Assembly: GCA_002104905.1 (NCBI GenBank)
Contig: MCFE01000421.1
Location: 1-64,000, forward strand
Source of the DNA: Basidiobolus meristosporus CBS 931.73
Taxonomy: Eukaryota > Fungi > Basidiobolomycota
Reading direction: 5' to 3'
DNA length: 64,000 nt
Part shown: in pieces, positions 13,400-26,037 of the stretch
How the letters are laid out: each line of letters begins with the position of its first letter
How positions within the stretch are numbered: position 1 is the first letter of the stretch
Program-made: the position numbers and the translations under genes
The notes under the pieces: model-generated
Database searches by the model: none
Told to the model about the DNA's origin: nothing
The model's input: the letters and a program-made list of their open reading frames with translations, nothing else

Positions 13400-14374
13400 A
13401 TATACTGTAGATAGTGTTTCTCACTTCTACAGCAGTGCTCTGACCTTCTGCTTTTACTTCTACAGTAATATTTCCTTATTTGGCATCACTTTTCTTTTTG
13501 AGAGAGTATTAACTAATACAGATATTCTAAACTCTCCTTTGACCTAGAGGGGTGTGGTGTAGAAGTCTCTAAAGGGGTCTTTGGACCTAATGGGGTGTCT
13601 AAAGGGGTGTCTTTAGAGTAAAGGGGCTTTTCACAGGGGTTTCTAAAGTGGACATTATACTAAAACGGGTCTTTAGACTAAAGAGGTGTCTAAAGGGATG
13701 TTCAAAGGGGTGTCTTTAGACACCTTTTTGTTTGTTGAAGGGGACCTTTCCAACAGAAAAGTGGTAGTTTTCTTGTAGAGCGTAGATTGGATTCTTGTGA
13801 GCTTTGCAGTCTCTTTACTGATGTAGTACCAATCAAAGTCAGAATACTCACAGTGCAGGTAGTGTAGGGGAAGTCTTATAGCCTTTAAACTTGAAGTTGC
13901 AGTGTGAAGACTTTAGAATGAGAGGCTCTCCTTTATTTTCCAGCTGGGGAAGTCATATATATGAAAATTCTGCAGGATCAAAGTTTGTGGGCAATTGCAC
14001 AAGCAATACACATGATACAAAGCTAAAATTTTGCAGTGGTGCAGATCAGACATAGGTGCAGCACCTGTATAGATTTCATGTGATTTGCTTGGCTGGTCTG
14101 AAAGTTACATGCAATCAAAGTCACCATAGTACTCCTAGCAATAGAGGCCCAGTATATATGGTTATTGGAATCTTTTAATCTTAGCTCCTTAAGTACTGCT
14201 TCAAATGAGCTGTAATTGAAACATGTGTTGGCTTCTGAGTGTTTTGCATGACATGATCTTCTTGGGTGGATTGTTGGTCAGGGTCTTGGGCTTTTGTCCT
14301 TCAAAGTTGTAGTTTCTTGATCTTTCATTTGTGTGTTACAATAGTAAAAGCAAAATAAAGAAATGAGTGCAATA
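13400..14374 (-). repeat. Unclassified CpG-depleted repeat relic with degenerate tandem subrepeats (13560-13725)
   Basis: Repeated aaaggggtgtctttaga-like units. The minus strand reads as SKDTPL/DTPL repeats broken by stops. Confidence 0.5.
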
Positions 14375-14497
14375 TGTGGTAAAAATTTGTAATTCCACCT
14401 AAATATTCACCTAACTTAGTCACTTAGATCATTACCTTCAAATCCTAGAGAATACTGACCAAATTCCTTGTTGGGATTTACTGAGAATATTTTCACC
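14375..14497 (+). repeat. 5' fragment (~123 bp) of a copia LTR
   Basis: tgtggtaaaaatttgtaattccacctaaatattcacc..gagaatattttcacc, joined to the minus-strand copia internal sequence through a 2-nt microhomology. Confidence 0.85.
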
Positions 14498-15383
14498 TCT
14501 TTTACAGTCTGGGGTTCATCAATATGGACTGAATAGGCATAGGCTTAGTTTGTATCCTCATTGATATAGTAATTTGGGCTATTTCTTGTCCAATTTGCTC
14601 TCTGGGCGTTTGATACTGGAATGATCACTTCTGGGATATTCCTGGGCACTGATTCTGGCTGAACCACGGTTGTAGAGTCCTCTGGAGTGAAAAAATATTC
14701 ATTGTTTTGCTCTGATTCATTCCTGACAATTGGTGGACTTGAGATCAAATTTTGTCATCATTTGATGTCATTTTTTGTGAAAATTTTGAATTTTCAACAA
14801 ACAACACATGCCTGGACTTGATCAGCTTCTTTGCTTTGTTATTGTAGAGTCTGTATGCCTTACTCTCATTGCAGTAGCCCAAAAATATGCATTTTAGACT
14901 TTTTGGCTGAAATTTTGACTGATTTCCAGCCAGTTTTTTGGCATATGCTGTACACCCAAATATTCTTAGATGCTCTGCACTTGGTCTGTATCCATACCAT
15001 GCTTCAAATGGAGCAGAATCACAAAGTATTCTGTTATAACTCCTATCTTTAAGGTATACAGCAGTGGCAACTGATTCCACCCAAAAATCATAGGATAATT
15101 TTTGATCATGGATCATAGATCTTGCCATATCAATTATTGATCTGTTAGCTCGTTCTGCTACTCCATTTTGCTGTGGGGAGTATGGTACAGTAGTCTCTTG
15201 CTTAATCCCATGAATTTTGCAGAAATGGATGAAGAACTTTGAGGTATATTCTCCACCATTATCAGAGTGTATTTTCTTGATTTTTTCACCAGTTTCTCTC
15301 TCCACCATGGCTTTAAACTCCCTGAACTTAGACAGAGCTTCTTCCTTTCTCTCCATGAAGTAGACCCATGTGTATCTTGTATA

Positions 15384-18300
15384 TGTTGTAAAAATTTGTA
15401 TTTCCACCTAAACATTCACCTAACTTAGTCACTTAGATCATTACCTTCAAATCCTAGAAAATACTGACCAAATTCCTTGTCGGGATTTACTTAGAATATT
15501 TCACCAAAATGCCAGGTACCCAGAACATGAAAGTTCTCAAAGTTGTCCAAACAGCTCCAAACTTTGCACACATGTTCTTGGGACCTTCCTTAGCCTATTC
15601 TACTTGTTTGTAATGCCAAGACCAGGTAAAAGTATAAATACTACTTTTACATTCAATAAATCATTAAGTGGAAACCACATAATCTACTTGTTCTCCCAAT
15701 CACTTCCAATATCTCCAAGACTCTGACAACAGGTTATGAGCCCCAAGCTGTCACTCTCTGCAATGTCTACTACTGCTATTACTGGAACTTTTCCCTCTGC
15801 TGAAAAGTTGGATGGATCTAACTACCAAGTGTGGAAGGTGAAGATGAAGATGCTGCTACAAGAAAGAGGCCTTTGGGATATTGTCAGGGGAGAAGAATGC
15901 CCTCCTAAAAACGTGGGAGAGGAAGCCTTGAAGTACCAGAAGAAAGAACAAAGTGCCTTTAACTGCATTTGCCTTAATGTTAAAGACAAACTGCTAATTC
16001 AATGCTCAAGAGCAAAAACGGCAAAGAATGCCTGGAAGGCATTAGAAGACACCTACCAGTCATGTTCAGCTGCCAAGAAAATGTATCTGAGAAGAAAATT
16101 CTTTACTACAAAGATGCTGCCAGGAGAAGAAATGAAAAATCTAATTAAAAGAATTACCCTGCTGGTAGATGAGATGGAATCTGTGGGTGTACCAACTACT
16201 GATGAGGATGTGATAGTTACCATCCTGAATAGCCTGACAGACAAGTTTCAGGGCCTTGTATCTGCCCTAGAGTCCAGAACTGAAGATTTGACCTTAAATT
16301 GCGTATATGGAAGGCTCCTGGATGAAGAATTGAGAAAATCAAGCGCCAATAAGAAGGAAGAAGAAAATGCTTTAATAAGCAATGATAACCAACAAAGGAG
16401 GTACCCAAGACCCTACAAAGGCAACAGCAACCTATTTTGCAACTACTGCAAAAGGAAAGGACACACATCAGACCGGTGTTTCAAAAAGAGTGATTATCAG
16501 CAAAAGAAGCCTGAATATGGAAATGCTGCAACTACTGAAGATAGACTATTCATATCTGCACTAAATATGACCACAAACAAGGATTCTCAGATGTGGTATA
16601 TTGACTCTGAAGCTTCTCAACACTTTACACACCAAAAAGAACTTTTTACCCAATATCAAGAAATTCTAATTAAGAAGGTTTTCATGGGTGACAATAGAAC
16701 ACTTGATGCAGTGGGAGAAGGAACTATCCAAGTAAACCTTAGAAGCAGTGAAGGAAGCCATACACTGACCTTTAAAGAAGTACTCTATGTACCAGAAATA
16801 GCCAACAACCTACTCTCTGTAAGCAAGGCCACAGCTGAAGGACTCAGTTTCAGTTTTGACAATTCTGGATGCAGGATCACTGATCAAAATGGAGGCCATA
16901 TTGCTTCGGGCATCAGGGATCAGAATCTATACAAGTTGACTTATATTCCATCATATCTGGAAGCCAATATAAGTAACTTAAATGAAGAAACACCAATGCT
17001 TTGGCACAGGAGATTTGGACACATCAATTTTGATTATTTGCGTAAAATGATCAAAGATCAGCTAATTTCTGGAGTGAAAATTGATCCCCCAGCTATTTTG
17101 GAGCACTGTGAAGCCTGCATATATGGGAAACAAGCCAGACAACTGTTCAAGAGCTCTGAGTTAATCAAAACTAAGAAAAAATTAGATCTAATTCACTCAG
17201 ATCTGTGTGGACCTATGCAAAATTTATCCTTAGGCGGCATGAAGTATTTAATCACTTTTATTGATGATTATACAAGATACACATGGGTCTACTTCATGGA
17301 GAGAAAGGAAGAAGCTCTGTCTAAGTTCAGGGAGTTTAAAGCCATGGTGGAGAGAGAAACTGGTGAAAAAATCAAGAAAATACGCTCTGACAATGGTGGA
17401 GAATATACCTCCAAACTCTTCATCCACTTCTGCAAAATTCATGGGATAAAGCAAGAGACTACTGTACCATACTCCCCACAGCAAAATGGAGTAGCAGAAC
17501 GAGCTAACAGATCAATAATTGATATGGCAAGATCTATGATCCATGATCAAAAATTATCCTATGATTTTTGGGTGGAATCAGTTGCCACTGCTGTATACCT
17601 TAAAGATAGGAGTTATAACAGAATACTTTGTGATTCTACTCCATTTGAAGCATGGTATGGATACAGACCAAGTGCAGAGCATCTAAGAATATTTGGGTGT
17701 ACAGCATATGCCAAAAAACTGGCCGGAAATCAGTCAAAATTTGAGCCAAAAAGTGTAAAATGCATATTTTTGGGCTACTGCAATGAGAGTAAGGCATACA
17801 GACTCTACAATAACAAAGCAAAGAAGCTGATCAAGTCCAGGGATGTGTTGTTTGATGAAAATTCAAAATTTTCACAAAAAATGACATCAGATGATGACAA
17901 AAATTTGATCTCAAGTCCACCAATTGTCAGGATTGAATCAGAGCAAAACAATGAATATTTTTTCACTCCAGAGGACTCTACAACCGTGGTTCAGCCAGAA
18001 TCAGTGCCCAGGAATATCCCAGAAGTGATCATTCCAGTATCAAATGTCCGGAGATCCAATCGGACAAGAAACAGCCCAAATTACTATATCAATGAGGGTA
18101 CAAACTTAGCCTATGCCTATTCAGTCCATATTGATGAACCCCAGACTGTAAAAGAGGCCCTAAATAGCCCTCAGACAAAGTTTTGGAGATCTGCAATGGC
18201 TGAGGAATATCAGGCCCTGATGGAAAATCAAACTTGGGACTTAGTCAAATTACCAATCAACTGAAAATCAATTGGATGCAGATGGGTCTTCAAGACAAAA

Positions 18301-20066
18301 TACAAGGCTGATGGTACAATTGAAAGATACAAAGCAAGACTTGTAGCCAAAGAATACTCTCAGACAAAAGGACTTGACTATACTGAGACCTTTGCACCGG
18401 TAGCCAAGTTTAATTCCATCAGATTAATATTGGCTATTGCAGCCAAATATAAGTTTTTTATTCATCAAATGGATTTAAAAACTGCATTTTTGAATGGAGA
18501 ACTTGATGAGGACGTGTATATGGACCAGCCTGATGGGTTTGTTGACCAAGATAACCCCCATTTGGTCTGCTAGCTTAAAAAGTCACTATATGGTCTCAAA
18601 CAATCACCGAGAGCCTGGAATTGCTAGATAGATTCTTATTTGGAATCTTTGAGTTTCAAAAGGAGTAATGCTGACTATAGTATATACTATAAGCCAGATA
18701 GAGCAAATCCAGTTCTATTAGCTCTATATGTGGATGATCTTATTATAGCCGCCAATAACCTAGAAACATTGGAAGAGACTAAATCCAACCTATCTAAGGA
18801 GTTCAAGATGTCCAATCTAGGAGAACTCAGTTACTACTTAGGGATTAAGTTCTCCATAGACAGAAGTACCCAGACTATCACCCTAAGTCAGTCCAAGTAT
18901 ATTCAAGATATACTAAAGAAGTACAAAATGGAAGACTGTAAACCGGCAGCTACCCCAATGGAGACAAACCTTAACTTGGTCAAAACTCAACCAAATCAAG
19001 AGAGCTTGGTGCCATCTGAAAGCCCTGACTTTCCTTATCAATCTATGGTCGGCATTCTGATGTATATCATGCTTGGAACACGTACAGATATCTCATATTC
19101 AGTGGGAGTTGTCAGCCAACATAATCAGAACTATGGATCTGATCATATTGCAGCAGTTAAGCGGATTTTTAGATACCTAAAAGAAACTGGTGATATTTGC
19201 TTAAGATACACTTATAAGGACTCAGAACAAGATCTTGTGGGATACTCTGATGCAGATTGGGGACAAAATTTGGAAGACAGAAGATCCACCACAGGATACA
19301 CCTTTCTTTACTGTAAAGGAGCAATTTCATGGAATTCAAGAAAGCAACCAACCGTAGCACTTTCTACTACAGAGGCAGAGTATATGGCAGCCTGTGAAGC
19401 TACAAAAGAAGCAATTTGGCTAAGAAAGCTCTTTACAGATTTAGGCCTATGTCAAAAAATGCCTATTACTTTATTTCAAGATAACCAAGGATGTATACAA
19501 TTAGGTAGAAATCCAACTTTTCATGCTAGAACCAAGCACATAGATATTAGACATCATTTCATACGTGAAGCTATAGAGAATAACTTAGTTAGCTTAGTTT
19601 ACTGTCCTACAGATGAAATGATTGCAGACATATTTACCAAACCATTAGCTAGAGACAAGTTTGAATATCTTAGGTCAAAATTAGGACTAGTCAGTATGAA
19701 CATTTAGCTGAGTGGGAGTGTTGTAAAAGTTCATATTTCCACCTAAACATTCACCTAACTTAGTCACTTAGATCATTACCTTCAAATCCTAGAAAATACT
19801 GACCAAATTCCTTGTCGGGATTTACTTAGAATATTTCACCAAAATACCAGGTACCCAGAACATGAAAATTCTCAAAGTTGTCCAAACAGCCCCAAACTTT
19901 GCACACATGTTCTTGGGACCTTCCTTAACCTATTCTACGTGTTTGTAATGCCAAGACCAGGTAAAAGTATAAATACTACTTTTACATTCAATAAATCATT
20001 AAGTGAAAACCACATAATCTACCTGTTCTCCCAATCACTTCCAATATCTCCAAGACTCTTACAACA
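15384..20066 (+). mobile_element. Full-length Ty1/copia retrotransposon (4683 bp): LTRs 15384-15731 and 19719-20066, 5-bp TSD GTATA
   Basis: TG..CA LTRs of 348 bp differing at about 11 positions by eye. PBS GGTTATGAGCCC at 15732-15743. PPT gagtgggag before 19719. GTATA at 15379-15383 and 20067-20071. Confidence 0.97.
15736..19707 (+). pseudogene. Copia gag-pol with three in-frame premature stops (18262 TGA, 18571 TAG, 18625 TAG)
   Basis: Colinear with the intact ORF at 59996..63967. Stops correspond to CGA, AAG and AAG there. Protease motif reads DSEASQH versus DSGASQH. Confidence 0.93.
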
Positions 20067-21950
20067 GTATAATCATCAATAAAAGTGATTAAAAACTTCA
20101 TCCCACCTAAGGATAAATTTTGCATAGGTCCACACAGATCTGAGTGAGTTAGGTCTAATTTTTTCTTAGTTTTGAATAACCCAGAGCTCTTGAACAGCTG
20201 TCTGGGTTGTTTCCCATATATGCAGGCTTCACAGTGCTTCAAATTAGCTGGGGGATCAATTTTCACTCCAGAAATTAGCTGATCTTTGATCATCTTACAC
20301 AAATAATCAAAATTGATATGCCCAAATCTCCTGTGCCAAAGCATTGGTGTTTCTTCACTTAAGTTACTTATATTGGCTTCCAGATATGATGAAATATAAG
20401 TCAACTTGTACAGATTCTGATCTCCAATGCCTGAAGCAATATGGCCTCCATTTTGATCAGTGATCCTGCATCCAGAATTGTCAAAACTGAAACTGAGTCC
20501 TTCTGCTGTGGCCTTGCTTACAGAGAGTAGGTTCTTGGCTATTTCTGGTACATAGAGTACTTCTTTAAAGGTCAGTGTATGGCTTCCTTCACTGCTTCTA
20601 AGGTTTACTTGGATAGTTCCTTCTCCCACTGCATCAAGTGTTCTATTGTCACCCATGAAAACCTTCTTAATTGGATTTTCTTGATATTGGGTAAAAAGTT
20701 CTTTTTGGTGTGTAAAGTGTTGAGAAACTCCAGAGTCAATATACCACGTCTGAGAATCCTTGTTTGTGGTCATATTTAGTGCAGATATGAATAGTCTATC
20801 TTCAGTTGTTGCAGCATTTCCATATTCAGGCTTCTTTTGCTGATATTTTTTTTGAGACACCAGTCTGATGTGTGTCCTTTCCTTTTGCAGTAGTTGCCAA
20901 ACAGGTTGCTGTTGCCTTTATAGGGTCTTGGGTACCTCCTTTGTTAGTTATTATTGCTTATTAAAGCATTTTCTTCTTCCTTCTTATTTGTGCTTGATTT
21001 TCTCAATTCTTCATATAGGAGCCTTCCATATACGTGATTTAAGGTCAAATCTTCAGTTCTGGACTCTAGTGCTGATACAAGGCCCTGAAACCTGTCTGTC
21101 AGGCTATTCAGGATGGTTACTATCACATCCTCATCAGTAGTTGGTACACCCACAGATTCCATCTCATCTACCAGCAGGGTAATTCTGTTAATTAGATTTT
21201 TCCTTTCTTCTCATGGCAGCATCTTTGTAGTAAAGAATTTTTGTCTCAGATACATTTTCTTAACAGCTGAACATGACTGGTAGATGTCATCAAATGGCTT
21301 CCAGACATTCCTTGCTGTTTTTGCCCTTGAGCATTGAATTAGCAGTTTGTCTTTAACATTAAGGCAAATGCAGTTAAAGGCACTTTGTTCTTTCTTCTGG
21401 TACTTCAAGGCTTCCTCTCCCATATTTTTAGGAGGGCATTCTTCTCCCATGACAATATCCCAAAGGCCTCTTTCTTGTAGCAGCATCTTCATCTTCACCT
21501 TCCACACTTGGTAGGTAGATCCATCCAATTTTTTGGCAGAGGGAAAAATTCCAGTAATAGCAGAAGTAGACATTGCAGAGAGTGACACCTTGGGGCTCAT
21601 AACCTGTTGTAAGAGTTTTGGAGATATTGGAAGTGATTGGGAGAACAAGTAGATTATGTGGTTTTCACTTAATGATTTATTGAATGTAAAAGTGGTATTT
21701 ATACTTTTACCTGGTCTTGGCATTACAAACATGTAGAATAGGTTAAGAAAGGTCCCAAGAACATGTGTGCAAAGCTTGGGGCTGTTTGGACAACTTGAGA
21801 ATTCTCATGTTCCAGGTACCTGGTATTTTGGTGAAAATATTAAGTAAATCCCAACAAGGAATTTGGTCAGTATTCTCCAGGATTTGAGGGTAATGATCTA
21901 AGTGACTAATTTAGGTGAATATTTAGGTGGAATCACAAATTTTTACAACA

Positions 21951-22746
21951 TATACACCAATAGATCTTTTCTCATCAGCCAAGATAGTTATTTTGTTATA
22001 TAATTTTTCATTTCCTCTCCTTGGAGCATATTGGTAGTAGGGAATATTATCTAAGAGACATTCTCTTAGTAACTGAGCATAACTGGTTGGTGTCTTCTGG
22101 TTCCTTCTAGGCATTATCTGCCATCTTTGCTCTAGAGCATAGAGTTAGCCTTTTGTCTTAAACATCAAGGCAAATGCAGTTAAAGGCATATTGTTCTTTC
22201 TTCTAGTACTTTAGAGCTCCTTCTCCCATATCATTGGGAGGGCATTCTTCTCTCATAATAGTATCTCAGAGTCCTCTTTCCTGTAGCAGCATCTTCATCT
22301 TCACCTTCCAGACTTGGTAGCTGGATCCATCTAGCTTCTCAGTAGAGGGAAATTCCAGTAATTGCAGTAGTAGAAGTTTGGGAGAGTGACAGCTTGGAGC
22401 ATATAACATGTTGTAAGAGCTTTGGATATATTGGAAGTGATTGGAGGAACAAGTAGAATAAATGGTTTTTGCTCAATGACGTGCTGGATTAAAGTGGTAT
22501 TTATACTTTTGCATGGTCTTGGTGGAGCTAACACAGAATATATGCTTAGGAAGGTCCCAAGAACATGTGTGCAAAGTTTGAAGCTGCTAAGACAACATTA
22601 AGAAATTTTATGTTCTGGGAACATGATGTAATGGTGAACATATTTTAAATAAGTCCCAACAAGGAATTTAGTCAGGTTTCTCCAAAACTTGTAGGTAAAC
22701 TACCAAGGTAGGTGAGTATTTGAGTGTAATTACATGATTTACAACA
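21951..22746 (-). mobile_element. More diverged copia 5' end (LTR 22409-22746, degenerate PBS, gag N-terminus), interrupted by the copy ending at 21950
   Basis: LTR-like tgttgtaagagc..tttacaaca. The gag translation contains GEEMK..ITILADEKRSIGV, homologous to GEEMKNLINRITLLVDEMESVGV. Confidence 0.85.
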
Positions 22747-24109
22747 CCCACTTAGGGGCAAGTTGAATACTTAGTTTTGTTATTACCAAAGCTACAGGTT
22801 AGCATATTAGAAATAAAGTTTGGATGTCAGGCTACATACATATACATATATATACCTTGCAGGCTATTTAGTAAACTGAGAAATGTAGAATTTTTGCTTA
22901 AGATTTGGTTTATATGATACTAGCAAAGTCTTGGAATAAATCAAGGCTTGGAAGTAGTCAGTATCCTTAGAGCCCATCCAAAAGCCCCTGTAATTACACA
23001 CCATGGAGTCATCACATTTCCCACACTCAGCAATCCAGATACTCTAATCACTTATAATCCTCCCTAGAACCATGCAGCAAATGGATCATTGGAACAGTGG
23101 TATGCCCTAACAGAATGTAGATTTTCAAACCCATCTGTGCAATCCCTACCTGTACACATAACTTCTTGACACCTTCTTTAGGTCAACCTTGGCATTACTT
23201 TTCTGAAGCTCCATAAGAAGTATATCAACCAGCCACTGAATATCATGCATATCTCAAGTCCACAACGCCTTTTTCAACACTTCCTAAATATTTCTTCACC
23301 AACAATGCTATGTGGTAGATATCAAATTGCAAGAGAGGATGTGCACATGGTTAACATCTCACCAACAACCACTGGTCCACATCAAATTGCGACCGCACCG
23401 TTCTCAACGGAGGTGACTTATGACCAGGGGTGAACAAACGTTGGTCGGTCATACGAAAATGGCACATAGTCGAGGAGCAGAATCCGGATTATAGACCCGG
23501 GAGGATTCCGATCTTGGATAGGATGGGAATGTTGCATGAAACATGACTTCCCATCGGCCTGAACCAAAAGAGCACCATTCACAGCGGTCCAGAAACCCAC
23601 CAGGCTTCTCGGAACACACACAAACATACGGCCATCCTGCAGCCGCAGCATCAACACACTCGCCCAGCCTCTGGAGCGAAACTGCCGCTCAACTCGCTTG
23701 CAATTGACACTATCTACCAGTCACACTATTGTATAAACCTGGGTGCGACACCGAACGTGCGCCTGGATCGCCGTGACCAATATATGTATCATGAGGAGCA
23801 ATCTATTTAGTAACACCACTTTACGAGTAGGTATGGGAGAGGGTCGACAGTGATCCAACTTGAGAATAAACGGTGACCTCCCTTCCCTTCCCTTCCTAAA
23901 CAGGCGAAGTTGACATATGGCGAATGTAACGAAGCTAGTAGCGGAAAGGGTCCACTTCGCGCTCTTCACGAGAAAAACATGTGTATTTCAAGCAGTACCT
24001 TCGGCAAACTGAGGGCTCAGGAGAACAGGGGTGTTGAAACAGGGGGAAAGGTTCACGGACGTATGTTCTATCTTGATGAGGGTGGGGGACATCGGGAAGG
24101 GCGGGCAGA

Positions 24110-24662
24110 CTAGAAGAGTATTTCGGTGTCAGGGATTCCAGTTTCCATGGGGATTTCCTCCATGGGAATGGGCTCGGGGGAAACCTTTTCGGGAAGTAGG
24201 CCGTCCCCTTCCAGCTCCACGGTGCTTTTGAGGTGGTCCTTTGAGGAAAAGGTAAGAGTTAGTTCAAAGGGTTCGAGCGTTCCGTCAGTCCCATAAACGG
24301 TAAGATTTACCAAGATGGAGTACAGTTGATCGCAAACCGAGTCGAAATACTCCCAGTCGTGACCTAACTTGGATAACTCTTCATCGAACGGTTTCGAGAC
24401 GTCCCGCTCTAATCTGGGAGGGGCAAAGTTTACTCATATCAGTAACCGCTTTCTAGACACAAGGAAGATCGAGGAGCTGGGCGTACTTGTCTTTGTTCTG
24501 AGCCGCGGAATGCAGAATGTTTCCACTGGTGATCAACATATTCTAAAGTAAGGGATCTTTAGCGGGGTTACCGTCGCCTTTAATACAAATAAACATCCTA
24601 CATACGTGAAAAGTCTGCCGTAAGGCAGCGATCTCAGAGGTGAGGATCTTGGGGTCCGACAT
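24110..24662 (-). CDS. Four-exon, 114-aa helical protein; candidate Mediator tail subunit Med2/Med29
   Basis: Exons 24662-24606, 24542-24487, 24413-24311 and 24238-24110 with GT-AG introns of 63, 73 and 72 nt join in frame: MSDPKILTSEIAALRQTFHNMLITSGNILHSAAQNKDKLERDVSKPFDEELSKLGHDWEYFDSVCDQLYSILDHLKS... FDSVCDQLYSIL resembles Med29 FYALCDQLELCL. The gene model is more secure than the identity. Confidence 0.6.
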
Positions 24663-25154
24663 GGTAGCTACAAACGGAAGAAGAAAAGTGGTTTCCAGCC
24701 AGACGCGGTCCACTAATCCATGGAGCAGAAAATCAATCCCCCTCCGATCAAGCCTCCCGCAATATGAAGAGTCGGGCCGCCAGGATTTGATTGGCCCATT
24801 GGAGAGAATGATCCATTCTCATGTGGTGGTTGAACTTGGTTTCGGTGAGAGGATTATGCTATGCGCACCGAAGTCCCCTCTGGTGTGACTAAGAAGGCCT
24901 GTTGGAGGGTTGGCAAAATGTTCATGCACTCTTGGGACACGGCTGCCATTTGGAGATGTGCTCCGTACAAATATACACATCAGAAGGACTGAATTTACAA
25001 TCATCCCACTATTCCATAACAATTGATTCGAGAATGGCCCTTGGGATCGTGACATATTTGAAAGTCATCGATTGTGATGACAATGGAGGAAGTTAAAATT
25101 TTTGATATCACCTTTCTTCGTCAACCCGAAGCTATCCCATTGGTATACCAAAGC

Positions 25155-26037
25155 ATGTATCTCGCCTCAAGTCTAAGATTGCCGGCACTTTCCCTCAGAA
25201 GACAGCTTCTGGCAAACCTCAGACCTCTGGGTAATCCGGTCTTCAGTCTCCCCGTCAGACAGTTTGTGAGTTTTTGCTTTTGGGACTAACAAGCCCGCCA
25301 TTGTGACTAAAGAGAATCGTTTTCCTTAGGGAACCGCCGGTTCCTCGCTCCGCGCCCCTACCCAGCCGTGGAAGGGTGCGAGGCTTTCCCAGCCGTTCGG
25401 TGCTCGTAACTTCATGAGCAGCGCCCCCAGAACCGCTGCCAGCCCTAACCCTACCAGCTCGGCCTACCGCAACGCCCAGCGCATTAAAAACCAGGATTAC
25501 CTGATGTACACCACCTCCGTTCTCATAGTGGTCCTGGGGCTCTCGTATGCCGCGGTCCCCTTGTACCGCATGTTCTGCGCAGCCACCGGGTACGGCGGAA
25601 CCCCCAACACCAACCACACCTTCGACGCCGAGAATCTGGTTCCGGTCACCAACTCGCGCCGCCTTAAAATCACCTTCTCCAGCAATGTGTCGGACATGCT
25701 GGAATGGACCTTCAAGCCCCAACAGCGCGAGGTGAACGTCCTGCCCGGCGAGACCGCACTTGCGTTCTACACGGCCAAAAACAAGGCGGACCGTGACATC
25801 ATCGGTATCTCCACGTACAACGTCACCCCCATGAAGGCGGGCCAATACTTCAACAAGATCCAGTGCTTCTGCTTCGAGGAACAAAAGCTCGCCGCCGGCG
25901 AAGAGGTGGACATGCCGGTGTTCTTCTTCATCGACCCCGAGTTCGCCGAGGACCCGTGGATGGAGGACGTGGATACCATCACCTTGTCTTATACTTTCTT
26001 CAACGCCAGACCCAACCCCGCCGCCCAAGCCAACTAA
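25155..26037 (+). CDS. COX11: Cytochrome c oxidase assembly protein Cox11 (copper chaperone), 2 exons, ~272 aa
   Basis: YAAVPLYRMFCAATGYGG and YFNKIQCFCFEEQ..DMPVFFFIDPEF motifs. Exon 25155-25265 encodes an Arg/Leu-rich presequence and splices in frame over a 64-nt intron to 25330. Confidence 0.96.

Larger units (their letters stand above)
14498..21950 (-). mobile_element. Older copia copy (5' LTR 21605-21950, PBS 21593-21604), split by the nested element 15384-20066 and truncated after integrase
   Basis: gag/PR at 20067-21604 and integrase at 14498-15383 rejoin as FIDDY/TRY once the nested element and one GTATA copy are removed. Frameshifts present. Confidence 0.93.

Noticed and set aside
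16053-21140. Recurring antisense ORFs in copia copies (MCVLSFCSSC.., MASFTASKVY.., MLRLVAFLNS..)
   Set aside because: Shadow frames that recur only because the element is repeated; no independent coding signal.
15379-21955. GTATA 5' of two different insertions (15379-15383 and, on the minus strand, 21951-21955) as a target motif
   Set aside because: Other flanks (taggc, tatag, ctcgg, caaag, caata) differ; too few sites to claim a preference.
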